NCBI RefSeq assembly: GCF_964213995.1
Contig: NC_135832.1
Span: forward strand, 7,068,001 to 7,132,000
Length of the DNA: 64,000 bases
Reading direction: 5' to 3'
Origin: Mustelus asterias
Taxonomy: Eukaryota
The translations under genes and the position numbers were made by a program. This document shows positions 51,014-64,000 of the stretch, one piece after another; within the stretch, counting starts at the first letter, position 1, and every line of letters begins with the position of its first letter. The notes beneath the pieces are model-generated. The model saw only the letters and a list, made by a program, of their open reading frames with translations, had not been told where the DNA came from and ran no database searches.

Positions 51014-53218
51014 CAGGGTTGAAGTTCTGAACTGGAAAAAGGCCAAATTTGATTAAATGAGAAGGGATCTGGGAAGTGTGGATTGGCACAGGCTGTTCTC
51101 TGGTAAGGATGTAAATGGAAAGTGGGAGGCCTTCAAAGGGGAAATTTTGAGAGTGCAGAGTTTGTATGTTCCTGTCAGGATTAAAGGCAAAGTAAATAGG
51201 AATAAGGAACCTTGGTTCTCGAGGGAGATTGTAACACTGATTAAGAGGAAGAGAGAGTTGTATGAAATGTACAGGCAGCAAGGAACACATCAGATGCTCG
51301 AGGAGTATAAAAAGTGCAAGAAGCTACTTAAGAGGGAAATCAGGAGGGCTAAAAGAAGACATGAGGTTGCTTTGGCAGACAGAGTGAAGTAAAATCCAAA
51401 GAGCTTCTATAGGTATGTTAGGAGCAAAAGGATAGTGAGGGATAAAATTGGTCCTCTTGAAGACCAGAGTGGTACACTGTGTATGGAACCAAAAGAGATG
51501 GGGGAGATACTAAATGGTTGTTTTGCATCCGTATTTACTGAGGAAACGGGCATGGAGTCTACGGAAATAGGGCAAACTGGTAGGGAGGCCATGGAACCTT
51601 TACAGATTAAAGGGGAGGAGGTGCTCGCTGTCTTGAGGCAAATCAGAGTGGATAAATCCCCAGGACCGGACAGGGTATTCCCACGGACCTTGAGGGAAGT
51701 TAGTGTTGAACTTGCAGGGGCCCTGGCAGACATATTTAAAATGTCAGTATTCACGGGGGAGGTGCCAGATGATTGGAGGGTGGCTCATGTTGTTCCGTTG
51801 TTTAAAAAAGGTTCCAAAAGAAATCCGGGAAATTATCGGCCAGTAGGTTTGACGTCGGCGGTGGGCAAGTTATTGGAAGGTGTGATACGGGATAGGATCT
51901 ACAAATATTTGGATAGACAGGGACTTATTAGGGAGAGTCAACATGGCTTTGTGCGTGGTAGGTCATGTTTGACCAATCTATTAGAGTTTTTCGAGGAGGT
52001 TACCAGGAAAGTGGATGAAGGGAAGGCGGTGGATGTTGTCGACCTGGATTTCAGCAAGGCCTTTGACAAGGTCCCTCATGGGAGGTTAGTTAGGAAGGTT
52101 CAGTCGCTAGGTATACATGGGGAGGTAGTAAATTGGATAAGACACTGGCTCAATGGAAGAAGCCAGAGAGTGGTTGTGGAGGATTGCTTCTCTGAGTGGA
52201 GGCCTGTGACTAGTGGTGTGCCGCAGGGATCGGTGTTGGGTCCATTGTTGTTTGTCATCTATATCAATGATCTGGATGATAATGTGGTAAATTGGATCAG
52301 CAAGTTTGCTGATGATACAAAGATTGGAGGTGTAGTGGACAGTGAGGAAGGATTTCAAAGCTTGCAGAGGGATTTGGACCAACTAGAAAAATGGGCTGAA
52401 AAATGGCAAATGGAATTTAACGCGGACAAGTGTGAGATATTGCACTTTGGAAGGACAAATCAAAGTAGAACGTACAGGGTAAATGGTAGGACTCTGAAGA
52501 GTGCAGTTGAACAGAGAGATCGGGGAATACAGGTACAAAATTCCCTGAAAGTGACGTCACAGGTGGATAGGGTCGTAAAGAGTGCCTTTGGTACATTGGC
52601 CTTTATAAATCGCAGTATCGAGTATAAAAGTTGGAGTGTTATGGTAAGGTTATATAAGGCATTGGTGAGGCCAAATTTGGAGTATTGTGTACAGTTTTGG
52701 TCACCTAGTTACAGGAAGGATGTAAATAAGAATGAAAGAGTGCAGAGAAGGTTCACAAGGATGTTGCCGGGACTTGATAAGCTGAGTTACAGAGAGAGAT
52801 TGAATAGGTTGGGACTTTATTCCCTGGAGCGTAGAAGATTGAGGGGAGATTTGATAGAGGTGTATAAGATTTTGATGGGTATAGATAGAGTGAATGCAAG
52901 CAGGCTTTTTCCGCTGAGGCTAGGGGAGAAAAAAACCAGAGGGCATGGGTTAAGGGTGAAAGGAGAAAAGTTTAAAGGGAATATTAGGGGGGGGCTTCTT
53001 CACGCAGAGAGTGGTGAGAGTGTGGAATGAGCTGCCAGATAAAGTTAAATGTTAAAGTTTAACATTTAAGAAAAACTTGGACGGGTTCATGGATGAGAGG
53101 GGTGTGGAGGGATATGGTCCAAGTGCAGGTCAGTGGGACTCGGCATAAAATGGTTCGGCACAGACAAGAAGGGCCAAAAGGCCTGTTTCTGAGCTGTAAT
53201 TTTCTATGGTTCTCTGGT
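51014..53218 (+). mobile_element. CR1 LINE, 5'-truncated (RT ORF 51435-53030)
   Basis: Standard CR1 RT motifs and 3' UTR. Confidence 0.95.
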
Positions 53219-54130
53219 AACAGTACGTGGAGTTCGTTGATAAAAAATATTACGCCAGGACACAGTGCTGCAGGCTGCAGTGAGCTACAGCCCCCGCTAG
53301 TGGAAACAACGAACACGTACACTTCTGCACCAAGCCGATGTTCCTGCTCAACAAGTCACTTCCCAAAATGTAAGCTGGGCTGATTGAGAGTAATTTTTTT
53401 TGTTATGTGCAGATGTGCATTAACTTCACAGATGTATACACAGCGAGTACACAGTACATGTAAAACAATGGGCGAAAAGTGGTCAAGTTACCCACAGTCA
53501 GAAACCATGTGACAGAAGCCACTCTATAAATGTTTACGTGGATTTCTGAAAACAGTGAGCAAACGGTTTTTAAACACATCCTCTATCCGTGTCAGGAAGC
53601 AGGTGTTCCAGGGTGAACGCATCTGCAGAGCCGCTCCAGCCTTGCACTGACAGAAAATCTAAGCGTTCTCAGAGGAAATATTTTCATTGTGTATGTGGGT
53701 TTGGACGCTGCACTTCTTCCGTCGTTATAGAAAAACTCAGCAGAATGTTGTGGGATGATGCATTTCAGTGACGTCCAGAGATTGGAGAAGGTAACTGTCT
53801 GAAAGTAGCGATTGTGAGTGAAAGACAGAATATAGACAAGCATTAATAAATTACAGTATTAAACGAGGATCTGTCCTTGGATCTGTGAATACTAATTGCA
53901 TTATTTAAAAATATAGAGGTGTTGATGGAGATAAGTAGATTTAGGTTAAGTGAACAGAGAGACGTATATCTAGATTTAAAAAAAAATTAAGTCAGGGAGA
54001 GATCGGCGGAGAAATGCCGAGACAGAGAGAGGAGGCTATAGATAAAAAAAGGTAGACAGATAGATACCGGTCGACGGAGAGGCAGAGAGAGAAACTACTG
54101 ACTTTATATGTTGAAATATGGATATAGAGC

Positions 54131-56760
54131 TGCGGAAAGGCACTTCGTGGGGGATCTGCACACTGAGGTAATATGGGCTGAAGTTAGAAATAGGAAAGGA
54201 GCGGTCACGTTGCTAGGAGTTTACTATAGGCCCCCAAATAGTAATAGAGATGTGGAGGAAGAAACTGCTAAGCAGATTATGGATATGTGTGGGGGTCACA
54301 GGGTAGTTGTCATGGGGGACTTTAACTTTCCAAATATTGATTGGAACCTTTGTAGGTCAAATAGTTTGGATGGGGCAGTTTTTGTGCAGTGTGTGCGGGA
54401 GGGTTTCCTGACACAATATGTGGATGGGCCGACTAGAGGTGAGGCCACATTGGATTTGGTACTGGGAAATGAACCGGGCCAAGTGTTAGATTTGGTTGTG
54501 GGAGAGCAATTTGGAGATAGTGACCACAATTCGGTGTCTTTTGTTATTGCAATGGAGAGGGATAGGGCCGTACGGCAGGGCAAGGTATACAATTGGGGGA
54601 GGGGTAATTATGATGCGATTAGGCAAGAATTAGGGGGCATAAGTTGGGAACAGAAACTGTCAGAGAAAGGAACTAATGAAAAGTGGAACTTTTTCAAGGA
54701 ACAAATACTGGATGTCCTTGATAGGTATGTTCCTGTCAGGCAGGGAGGAAATGGCCGAGTGAGGGAACCATGGTTCACAAAAGAGGTGGAATGTCTTGTG
54801 AAAAGGAAGAGGGAAGCTTATGTAGGGATGAGGAAACAAGGTTCAGATGGCTCGATTGAGGGTTACAATTTAGCAAGGAATGAGCTGAAAAAGGGGCTTA
54901 GGAGAGCTAGGAGGGGACATGAGAAGTCCTTGGCGGGTCGGATCAAGGAAAACCCCAAGGCTTTTTACTCTTATGTGAGGAATAAAAGAATGACCAGGGT
55001 GAGGTTAGGGCCGGTCAAGGACAGTAGTGGGATCTTGTGTATGGAGTCAGTAGAGATAGGCGAGGTGATGACTGAATACTTTTCTTCAGTGTTCACCAAG
55101 GAGAGGGGCCATGTTTTTGAGGAAGAGAAGGTGTTACAGGCTAATAGGCTGGAGGAAATAGATGTTCGGAGGGAGGATGTCTTGGCAGTTTTGAATAAAC
55201 TGAAGGTCGATAAGTCCCCTGGGCCTGATGAAATGTATCCTAGGATTCTGTGGGAGGCAAGGGATGAGATTGCAGAGCCTTTGGCTTTGATCTTTGGGTC
55301 CTCGCTGTCCACGGGGATGGTGCCAGAGGACTGGAGAATGGCGAATGTTGTTCCTCTGTTTAAGAAAGGGAATAGAAATGACCCTGGTAATTATAGACCG
55401 GTTAGTCTTACTTCGGTGGTTGGTAAATTGATGGAAAGGGTCCTTAGGGATGGGATTTACGACCATTTAGAAAGATGCGGATGAATCCGAGATAGTCAGC
55501 ACGGATTCGTGAAGGGCAAGTCGTGCCTCACAAATTTGATTGAATTTTTTGAGGAGGTAACTAAGTGTGTTGATGAAGGTAGGGCAGTTGATGTCATATA
55601 CATGGATTTTAGTAAGGCGTTTGATAAGGTCCCCCATGGTCGGCTTATGATGAAAGTGAGGAGGTGTGGGATAGAGGGAAAGTTGGCCGATTGGATAGGT
55701 AACTGGCTGTCTGACCGAAGACAGAGGGTGGTGGTCGATGGAAAATTTTCGGATTGGAGGCAGGTTGCTAGCGGTGTGCCGCAGGGATCAGTGCTTGGTC
55801 CTCTGCTCTTTGTGATTTTTATTAATGACTTAGAGGAGGGGGCTGAAGGGTGGATCAGTAAATTTGCTGATGACACCAAGATTGGTGGAGTAGTGGATGA
55901 GGTGGAGGGCTGTTGTAGGCTGCAAAGAGACATAGATAGGATGCAAAGCTGGGCTGAAAAATGGCAAATGGAGTTTAACCCTGATAAATGTGAGGTGATT
56001 CATTTTGGTAGGACAAATTTAAATTGGATTACAGGGTCAAAGGTAGGGTTCTGAAGACTGTGGAGGAACAGAGAGATCTTGGGGTCCATATCCACAGATC
56101 TCTAAAGGTTGCCAGTCAAGTGGATAGAGCTGTGAAGAAGGCCTATAGTGTGTTAGCTTTTATTAACAGGGGGTTGGAGTTTAAGAGCCGTGGGGTTATG
56201 CTGCAACTGTACAGGACCTTGGTGAGACCACATTTGGAATATTGTGTGCAGTTCTGGTCACCTCACTATAAGAAGGATGTGGAAGCGCTGGAAAGAGTGC
56301 AGAGGAGATTTACCAGGATGCTGCCTGGTTTGGAGGGTAGGTCATATGAGGAAAGGTTGAGGGAGCTAGGGCTGTTCTCTCTGGAGCGGAGGAGGCTGAG
56401 GGGAGACTTAATAGAGGTGTATAAAATGATGAAGGGGATAGATAGAGTGAACGTTCAAAGACTATTTCCTCGGGTGGAAGGAGCTATTACAAGGGGGCAT
56501 AACTATAGGGTTCGTGGTGGGAGATACAGGACGGATATCAGAGGTAGGTTCTTTACGCAGAGAGTGGTTGGGGTGTGGATTGGAGTGCCTGCAGTGATAG
56601 TGGAGTCAGACACTTTAGAAACATTTAAGCGGTTATTGGATAGGCACATGGAGCACACCAGGATGATAGGGAGTGGGATAGCTTGATCTTGGTTTCAGAT
56701 AAAGCTCGGCACAACATCGTGGGCCGAAGGGCCTGTTCTGTGCTGTACTGTTCTATGTTC
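54131..56760 (+). mobile_element. CR1 LINE, 5'-truncated within the endonuclease
   Basis: YRPP, GDFN, SDH and RT motifs; one stop (55482) and one frameshift (~56022); TSD TATAGAGC (54123-54130 / 56761-56768). Confidence 0.95.
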
Positions 56761-57197
56761 TATAGAGCGATTGATACCGTTAGAATCAAAACAGCACCGG
56801 TATGAAGAGAGATACTTGGCGAGAGAGGTTGGTGGATGCATGGCCGGATGACAACAAGACGGGCAACTGAAATACAAAGGCATATGACGATTCTTAGCAC
56901 TCCCTCGCTCGCACAAATTTTCTCAATTTCAAGATTCAGGCAAATTTCACCCATTATCTTCCTTATTTGTCGATTCGAAAATTCTCGTTCTTTCTTCTTC
57001 GTGTCCGTCCAGCTCGGCCAGGCTGGAATGCTCACTCCCAAATCTGCTTCAGGTTTACACAGTTTCCAGCCAAGGGGGGTCGGGGGGCCGGCACCACCGT
57101 TTATTGTTCGACTCGAATTACCGTCTTTGTCCGTATGTCTATCTGTTTGGTTATGGAGAGATTATAACCCGTGTGGCGCTCATGTCTCAGGCGGTGG

Positions 57198-57236
57198 TGT
57201 TTCTGTAGCCTTCTTCAGCCCGAATGTATCACTGTG
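57198..57236 (-). promoter_or_regulatory. 23-RSS of V
   Basis: CACAGTG + 23 nt + ACAGAAACA. Confidence 0.92.
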
Positions 57237-57535
57237 CATCACTGGAGGAACAGAAATACTGAGCCTGATCGTTCAGCTGCAAGTCCTCGATCTTCAGATC
57301 GAAGGAGCCCTCTGAAGTCTTCTGCGCCCTAAACCGCTCCGGATCCCGTCTGACCTGATCGGCTTACCTTCCTGCACTGCATACAAGAGGTCCTGGAGTC
57401 CCAGGCCCGGGAACTGACGGTACCAGTACATGTAAATATCAGTACCGCCCTGGTTGCACGGGATAGTCACATTCGCTCCCTTTCTCATCGAGACAGTTTC
57501 CAGGGACTGCACGATATTCTGAGACTCTCCAAGTC
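57237..57535 (-). pseudogene. TCR-beta-like V exon with a 1-nt frameshift
   Basis: tccag acceptor. GLGESQNIVQSLETVSMRKGANVTIPCNQGGTDIYMYWYRQFPGLGLQDLLY...DGI/(P)ERFRAQKTSEGSFDLKIEDLQLNDQAQYFCSSSD, with the shift at ~57340. Confidence 0.9.
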
Positions 57536-57991
57536 CTGGAATAAAATGAATACAGGAATCATCAATAAGACAAGCTCTTTGCATTCGACATTCCTCTTTC
57601 GATGTCCCATTTCTATCACATTATTGCAATTGAACACCATGGTTTGTCTCCTACAATCCAGTGGAGACTGTGGGCAGGGTTGTCAGTGGAGATTGACGGA
57701 AATCTTTGTCTAGTAGAGTCCATGGCTCATATCTGGCAGCATGTCGCGATGTCCAATTAAATAAATCCAGGCTTGGACGAACGCAAGGCTAAACGTTAAC
57801 CAATCAGAGGGTTATGTAGGGGCAATAATGGTTTGCAACAAAGGCTCTTCAATGGTGGAACAATACAGACGGCACCATGATCTGGTTGAATCCTGGAATA
57901 GACTGAGGGCGTTGCGTGCCTTTATGTCCCTGTGTTGAGAATTGGCAAATTATATCTACTGTCGTCGGGAAAATCCAAAATAAAAGTAGTA

Positions 57992-58174
57992 TAGACATAG
58001 AAACCCTACAGTGCAGAAGGAGGCCATTCGGCCCATCGAGTCTGCACCGACCACAATCCCACCCAGGCCCTACCCCCACATATTTACCCACTAATCCCTC
58101 TAACCTACGCATCTCAGGACTCTAAGGGGCAATTTTTAACCTGGCCAATCAACCTAACCCGCACATCTTTGGAC
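57992..58174 (-). mobile_element. SINE 3' half
   Basis: Matches the 3' part of the HE1-type copies. Confidence 0.8.
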
Positions 58175-59309
58175 ATGCCGGTGATATCTACAGTTAGATG
58201 GGCTCCAGTTGATTATTGAGCTCCCATTCTAATTTGCGCTGGCACCCGAAAGTGTACTCAGTCAGTCAACCTGTCTGGGACATTTTCCTGCAGAAGCTAC
58301 CCAATAAAAGATCTCTTTCCATTATCAATGGATATGCACCAAATAAGTGTTTAACAATCCACTTGCTGGTTTTGTTGTATTTCGTGAAAATTTCCGTTCA
58401 TTCCTTACTTCCTCCGTTCCCTCAATCTCTATTTTCTTCTCTCACTTAAACCTCCTTTTTAGATTTCATGCGTACACTCCTTATTAAATATTTGGCATTT
58501 GGAATTGATCGTTCCTTTGCGGCCCACTCCTGAATTGACACCGGTCTCGCTTTTGACTTACCCACCAATTGGAACACGATCGATGCACGGAGCAAGAGTA
58601 GAGACCGCATGGTCCTGGACAGAGATTCCGAAAACAGAGACCGAACGTTTTTTTCTATTTCCAGAGACAACACATGTGCATAAGTCGTTTTGCAAGTTCT
58701 GAGAAAATGACGGATATAAGCAAGGGGAATCCTTTAACAGGTCCCGCCCCATCCTTTCGGATTGCCAGCCCCATCCTCCTCCACATTTCCAATTCCGCCC
58801 ACCATTTCCTGATTGGCAGCCCTGGCTCGCTTACTGTGATTGACAGCTCAGAATGCCAGCTCAACACTGCCCTCTATGCTTGACACCCAAACCTCCTGCC
58901 TCCATGAGACAGTCCTGCCCTTCAGGCGCTAATTGACAGACCAAACCACATTATCTCATCCACCAGCCGGACCGAAAAATTTAAAACCAGCTTTCCACTC
59001 TCTGAATGACAGCTCTGATGCCCCCCAGCCTTTCCACCAAAATCCAGAAGCTTCACTTCGACTTACTTGCTGCGATTGATTCTCACTCGAGTATTCACAT
59101 TTTCGCTGTCCTTTCTCCGCCAATAATTGCTCTGCTCTGTCTTGCTTTCAGTTCTTCAGCACGAATGAGCTGCCGAGACAATTAATTTCTGGGGTGTGCT
59201 GCATATATTGGATTTGCTTCCGCATGATAATACAATATTGAAGCGTCAACTAATGCAGTTTTAAATGTTTATAACACATGACGGATGATGGAAAAAAATG
59301 GTGACAACG

Positions 59310-59950
59310 TCCAGAGTACAGGAAGATAAGAACGAGAAGCAGGCATCGGCAATGCAGCCCCTCGACCCTGGTCTGGCATTCAATGCGATCTTGGCTGTTC
59401 TTGGACGTCAGTGTGATCTGCACCTTACAGAATATGCAACAAGGGGAAATATCCGCTCTACATCTGCCGTGTCAATACCCTTTAGTAACGTATATAACGT
59501 AATTAGAACTCGTCTCATTCTTCTAAACTCCAGCCAGTGTAGGCCTAAACTGCGCAATCCCCTTTCAATAGACAAGTCATTTATTGCTGGAATCAATCGA
59601 GTGAACCTCATATGAACAGCCTCTAATGCATTTCTGCCCTTCCTTACATAACGCCATCCAAAATACGTACAGTACAGAAGTCACAGTGCGCGATTCAGTT
59701 GCGAAATCACTTCTTTACTTTTATAGTGCATTCCATTAAGAATTAATGTTAAAAATGTATTTACCTTACTTAGTGGCTTCTACACCTGCATATGAACTTT
59801 CTAGGATTCATGCATGAGGACACCCAGATCTCTCTGCACTGAAAATGAATAAGTTGTCTTCCATTTAGGTACTAAGTGCTTTTACATTCCTTGGACAAAT
59901 GCAAATAATTTCCCAATCATCCGAATTGAATTCCACCTGCCAAAGTCAAT
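59310..59950 (-). mobile_element. Old degenerate CR1 3' fragment
   Basis: RFTRLIP..LGLHWLEFRRMR. Confidence 0.75.
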
Positions 59951-61887
59951 CTTGTTGTGGCATTAAACTCTTACGTCTGGCGAGTTTAGTACCATTTGTA
60001 TCGTGGTTTGGCTGCTATAGTGCAGCACACCTTCCGCGCCCTCCGCCCCTACTCCCCCCCCCCCCGCCCCCCGCCAGTGCATACTCACAAAGCGCCCTCT
60101 CCAAAGCATGCGTCCAAGGGAGACAACGATTTTCAGTATGCAATGTACTCCTTCGCTCTTCATGTCTTCGATTACTCGGTGATGGGGTTGGGGAGGGGGG
60201 GTGGGGGGCGCGGTGACATATCGCTCTTATAATTGGGTTAGTAATCCACAGAACAATGTTATTTCTCTGTGCATCCATGTTCGATTCCCAGCACAACAAA
60301 TGATTAAATTTGAATCCAACAAAAATCAGGAATTTTATGTCTAAAAAGCCCACATGGTTTGGTAATGTTGTTTAATTAAGGATCTATTCTGACCTACACG
60401 TGCCTCCAGACCCTCTGAAACGTAGCAACACTCAATTGAAGGATAATTAGAAATAGGAGATATTTCGTGAGCCAGCCAATGACGGCCACATCCCATAAAA
60501 TAATGAATTTGTAGAAATGTTGTTCTTTTAATCATCTTTAATTTCCACGTCTGCAACATCAATGCTCTGTCAGTATAACATCTCATCTGAAGTTAAAAGT
60601 TTAATGGCGAACATAAAATTTACATGGACTGTCCTGAAAAAACTAAGTGACCTACATGTGAATTTAGATCCACAGCAATGTGGTTTATATTTAATGCACT
60701 CTAAAATGGTCTGCGACGTCATTCAGTTCAACGACAATTAGGGATAGGCACAGCCAGCGTCAACCTATATTTCAGGACTGAAACAAAGCACTCTAATTGA
60801 TTTCCCTGGGTGAGTCCGGATTATATTTGACTGTCAAAGCGTATTCCGACGTCAAATGTCTGTCCCGCCTCCTTAACACGTCCCATTTACAGCGTCATCT
60901 TTGTTCATTCTCCTTTACACATTCTGCCATTCCAACATCGGCGGCAAACTTCCAGCAGACGCAAGTGCGCCACACGTCGGTGAACAGCTGAATCTAGGCG
61001 TTTTTCGCTGCTTCTCTCCAGGGGCAACAGGGTTGATCTTCGCCAGAAACAAGATGCTGCCCTGAAGCCTAAATGACGTTCTGCCTACCACACAATGTAA
61101 TTAGTATTCATTGCAGGTGTGGTACGAGGTGTATGGGCTCGATGTTCCAAAGACTGGCAGCTGGTGTCAAATGACGAGTCCCTTCGGCTGTGGGCAACTC
61201 GCAAAAGACTGACAGTATCCAGCCAGCCGATGCTTTCGAGATTCAAAACGCAGTGTTCAACATTAAATTTGCTTCCGCGTTTGGGTAACATTCGCTCAAC
61301 AATGGTTAGCGTGGTAAGAATTATACTGAACGAGATTTCAGATGGTCAGACGGTTTCACCGTGTGCAGCACTTGCTCCGTGTCTAATTAATACACAGGAC
61401 CCTGCTCTGTGCAGAAAACGCAGACATGTATATGCATTGCCCAATTGTCGACTATAAATACGTGACAGCCATGCTCCCATGGCAACACCCTGACTATTTT
61501 GAGTCCAAGTGCTACTACACTTGAATTTCAACAGAGTTTGGTATTTAATTGTCCGTCATCAGCTAACTTTCACTTTCTCCAGGGGAATGCCTCTGTACCA
61601 ATCCGAATCAATTTGCTAACCAATCAACATTAAGTGTTTATGAAGTTTTAGTTATTGTTCTTTTTAAATTTGGAAATCTTGTAATTGCAAGATGAGTGCC
61701 AGACGAGAAGCTTCCAGGTGTCTATTTTCTAGTGATAGTCAAATTCCGTAACATCGAGCGACCGCCACCTTCTGTTCAAATCTTTCTCTTCTTCTTGGGA
61801 AAAGTACTGCCTTCCTGCAAAACGCTCTCAAAAAGGACGAGGTAACGCACGATTTGGTGTGCAACAAGTGTTTTGCTGCCACATTCG

Positions 61888-61926
61888 GGTTTCTGATATA
61901 CGGTTGCATCTTTCTGAGTCACTGTG
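61888..61926 (-). promoter_or_regulatory. 23-RSS of V
   Basis: CACAGTG + 23 nt + TCAGAAACC. Confidence 0.92.
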
Positions 61927-62216
61927 AAGAATCCAGGTGCAGAAGTACACGGCTGTCATCCGCCTGCAGGCTGGAGGAAGTCAGATTGAATACAGTGTCA
62001 CTCGGTCTATCTGCCTTAAACCTGTCCACCTTTACATTCGAATTTCCGTTCTGTATTGATAGGGAGTAAAACATCAGCTGCGGCTGCTTCCCTGGATATT
62101 GCCTGTACCAGTACATGTAAGGGTTACTCCTGCCCTCCACATTGCACCTCATGTTGGCTGACTCCCCCGGAAATCTGGAGAGGGCTTTGGGAGTCTGATA
62201 GCCTGGGCGTTCACTT
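61927..62216 (-). pseudogene. TCR-beta V exon, TRBV30-like, two frameshifts
   Basis: EVNAQAI/QTPKALSRFPGESANMRCNVEGRSNPYMYWYRQYPGKQPQLMFYSLSI...RFKADRPSDTVFNLTSSSLQADD/AVYFCTWIL. Confidence 0.9.
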
Positions 62217-62239
62217 CTGGCAATGAGATGGGGAGAGGA

Positions 62240-64000
62240 GAACATAGAACATAGAACATAGAAAGCCACAGCACAAACAGGCCCTTCGCCCCACAAGTTG
62301 CGCCGATCACATCCCCACCTCTAGGCCTATCTATAGCCCTCAATCCCATTAAATCCCATGTACTCATCCAGAAGTCTCTTAAAAGACCCCAACGAGTTTG
62401 CCTCCACCACCACCTACGTCAGCCGATTCCACTCACCCACCACCCTCTGAGTGAAAAACTTACCCCTGACATCTCCTCTGTACCTACCCCCCCAGCACCT
62501 TAAACCTGTGTCCTCTCGTAGCAACCATTTCAGCCCTTGGAAATAGCCTCTGAGAGTCTACCCTATCCAGACCTCTCAACATCTTGTAAACCTCTATCAG
62601 GTCACCTCTCATCCTTCGTCTCTCCAGGGAGAAGAGACCAAGCTCCCTCAACCTATCCTCATAAGGCATGCCCCCCAATCCAGGCAACATCCTTGTAAAT
62701 CTCCTCTGCACCCTTTCAATGGCTTCAACATCTTTCCTATAATGAGGTGACCAGAACTGCGTGCAGTACTCCAAGTAGGGTCTAACCAGGGTCCTATAAA
62801 GCTGCAGCATTATCTCCCGACTCCTAAACTCAATCCCTCGATTAATGAAGGCCAGTACGCCGTACGCCTTCTTGACCGCATCCTCCACCTGCGAGGCCGA
62901 TTTAAGAGTCCTATGGACCCGGACCCCATGGTCCTTCTGATCCTCTACACTGCTAAGAATGGTACCCTTCATATTATACTGCTGCTTCATCCCATTGGAT
63001 CTGCCAAAATGGATCACCACACACTTATCCGGGTTGAAGTCCATCTGCCACTTCTCCGCCCAGTCTTGCATTCTATCTATGTCTCGCTGCAACTTCTGAC
63101 ATCCCTCCAAACTATCCACAACACCACCTACCTTGGTGTCGTCAGCAAACTTACCAACCCATCCCTCCACTTCCTCATCCAGGTCATTTATGAAAATGAC
63201 AAACAGCAAGGGTCCCAGAACAGATCCCTGGGGCACTCCACTGGTCACTGACCTCCATGCAGAGAAATACCCCTCCACAGCCACTCTCTGCCTTCTGCAG
63301 GCAAGCCAGTTCTGGATCCACAAGGCAACAGCCCCTTGGATCCCATGCCCTCTCACTTTCTCAAGAAGTCTTGCATGGGGGGCCTTATCGAACGCCTTGC
63401 TGAAGTCCATATAGACCACATCCACCGCTCTTCCTTCGTCAATGTGTTTGGTCACATTTTCAAAGAACTCAACCAGGCTCGTAAGGCACGACCTGCCCTT
63501 GACAAAGCCGTGCTGACTACTTTTGATCATACTAAACTTCTCTGGATGATCATAAATCCTGTCTCTCAGGATCCTCTCCATCAACTTACCAACCACTGAG
63601 GTTAGACTCACCGGTCGGTAATTTCCCGGGCTGTCCCTGTTCCCTTTCTTGAATATAGGGACCACATCTGCAATCCTCCAATCCTCCGGAACCTCTCCCG
63701 TCTCCATCGACGATGCAAAGATCATCGCCAAAGGCTCCGCAATCTCCTCCCTCTCCTCCCACATTAACCTGGGGTACATCCCATCCGGTACCGGCGACTT
63801 ACCAACCTTGATGCCATTCAATAGTTCCAACACATCCTCTTTCTTTATGTCCACATGCTCGATCCTTTCTGTCCACCGCACACCAGCAGTACAACCACCC
63901 AGATCCCTTTCCACCGTGAATACCGAGGTAAAGTATTCATTAAGCAGCTCCGCCATTTCTAACGGTTCCGCACAAACTTTTCCCCCTTCACTTTTTAAGA
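62240..64000 (-). mobile_element. CR1 LINE (RT ORF 62484-63956) inserted in the V leader intron; runs off the window
   Basis: CR1 RT motifs; (GTTCTAT)n tail ends ~20 nt before the V splice acceptor. Confidence 0.95.

Noticed and set aside
53261-53300. Isolated CACAGTG heptamer
   Set aside because: No nonamer at 12 or 23 nt.
58720-58960. Cluster of CCAAT/GC boxes (GATTGGCAGC, CCCGCCCC, CCGCCC)
   Set aside because: Promoter-like, but no linked exon could be identified, so no function can be assigned.
59682-59709. CACAGTG + 12 nt + GCGAAATCA cryptic RSS
   Set aside because: Weak nonamer, lies inside a decayed CR1 and has no adjoining gene segment.
61117-61460. ORF after a cag acceptor with faint V-like flavour
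   Set aside because: Lacks the first Cys, WYxQ and an RSS.

Overview
Vertebrate genomic DNA, most likely from a cartilaginous fish (shark). The host is inferred from HE1-type tRNA SINEs, CR1/HER1-type LINEs, Penelope elements and a GPR139-like GPCR relic. (1) 1-7852: a nearly intact endogenous retrovirus (gag / in-frame UGA / pro-pol / env / 3' LTR). Its Env lacks orthoretroviral TM hallmarks and instead resembles a paramyxo/pneumovirus F protein, i.e. lokiretrovirus-like. (2) Minus strand: a rearranging T-cell-receptor-beta-like locus with two frameshifted V exons carrying perfect-heptamer 23-RSS (61.9-62.2 kb, TRBV30-like; 57.2-57.5 kb). About 43 kb downstream lies a compact one-D/one-J/one-C cassette (14.1-12.0 kb) with intact 12/23 RSS, but no canonical TCR transmembrane exon could be found. 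(3) The V-D interval is packed with transposons. These include an old Gypsy LTR element that has captured an RPL19 mRNA in place of most of its RT/RNase H region, a palindromic Penelope insertion with a 13-bp TSD and minimal hammerhead motifs, a solo LTR, many CR1 LINEs and SINEs, a GPCR pseudogene and one N gap. All family assignments come from manual motif recognition; no database search was run.
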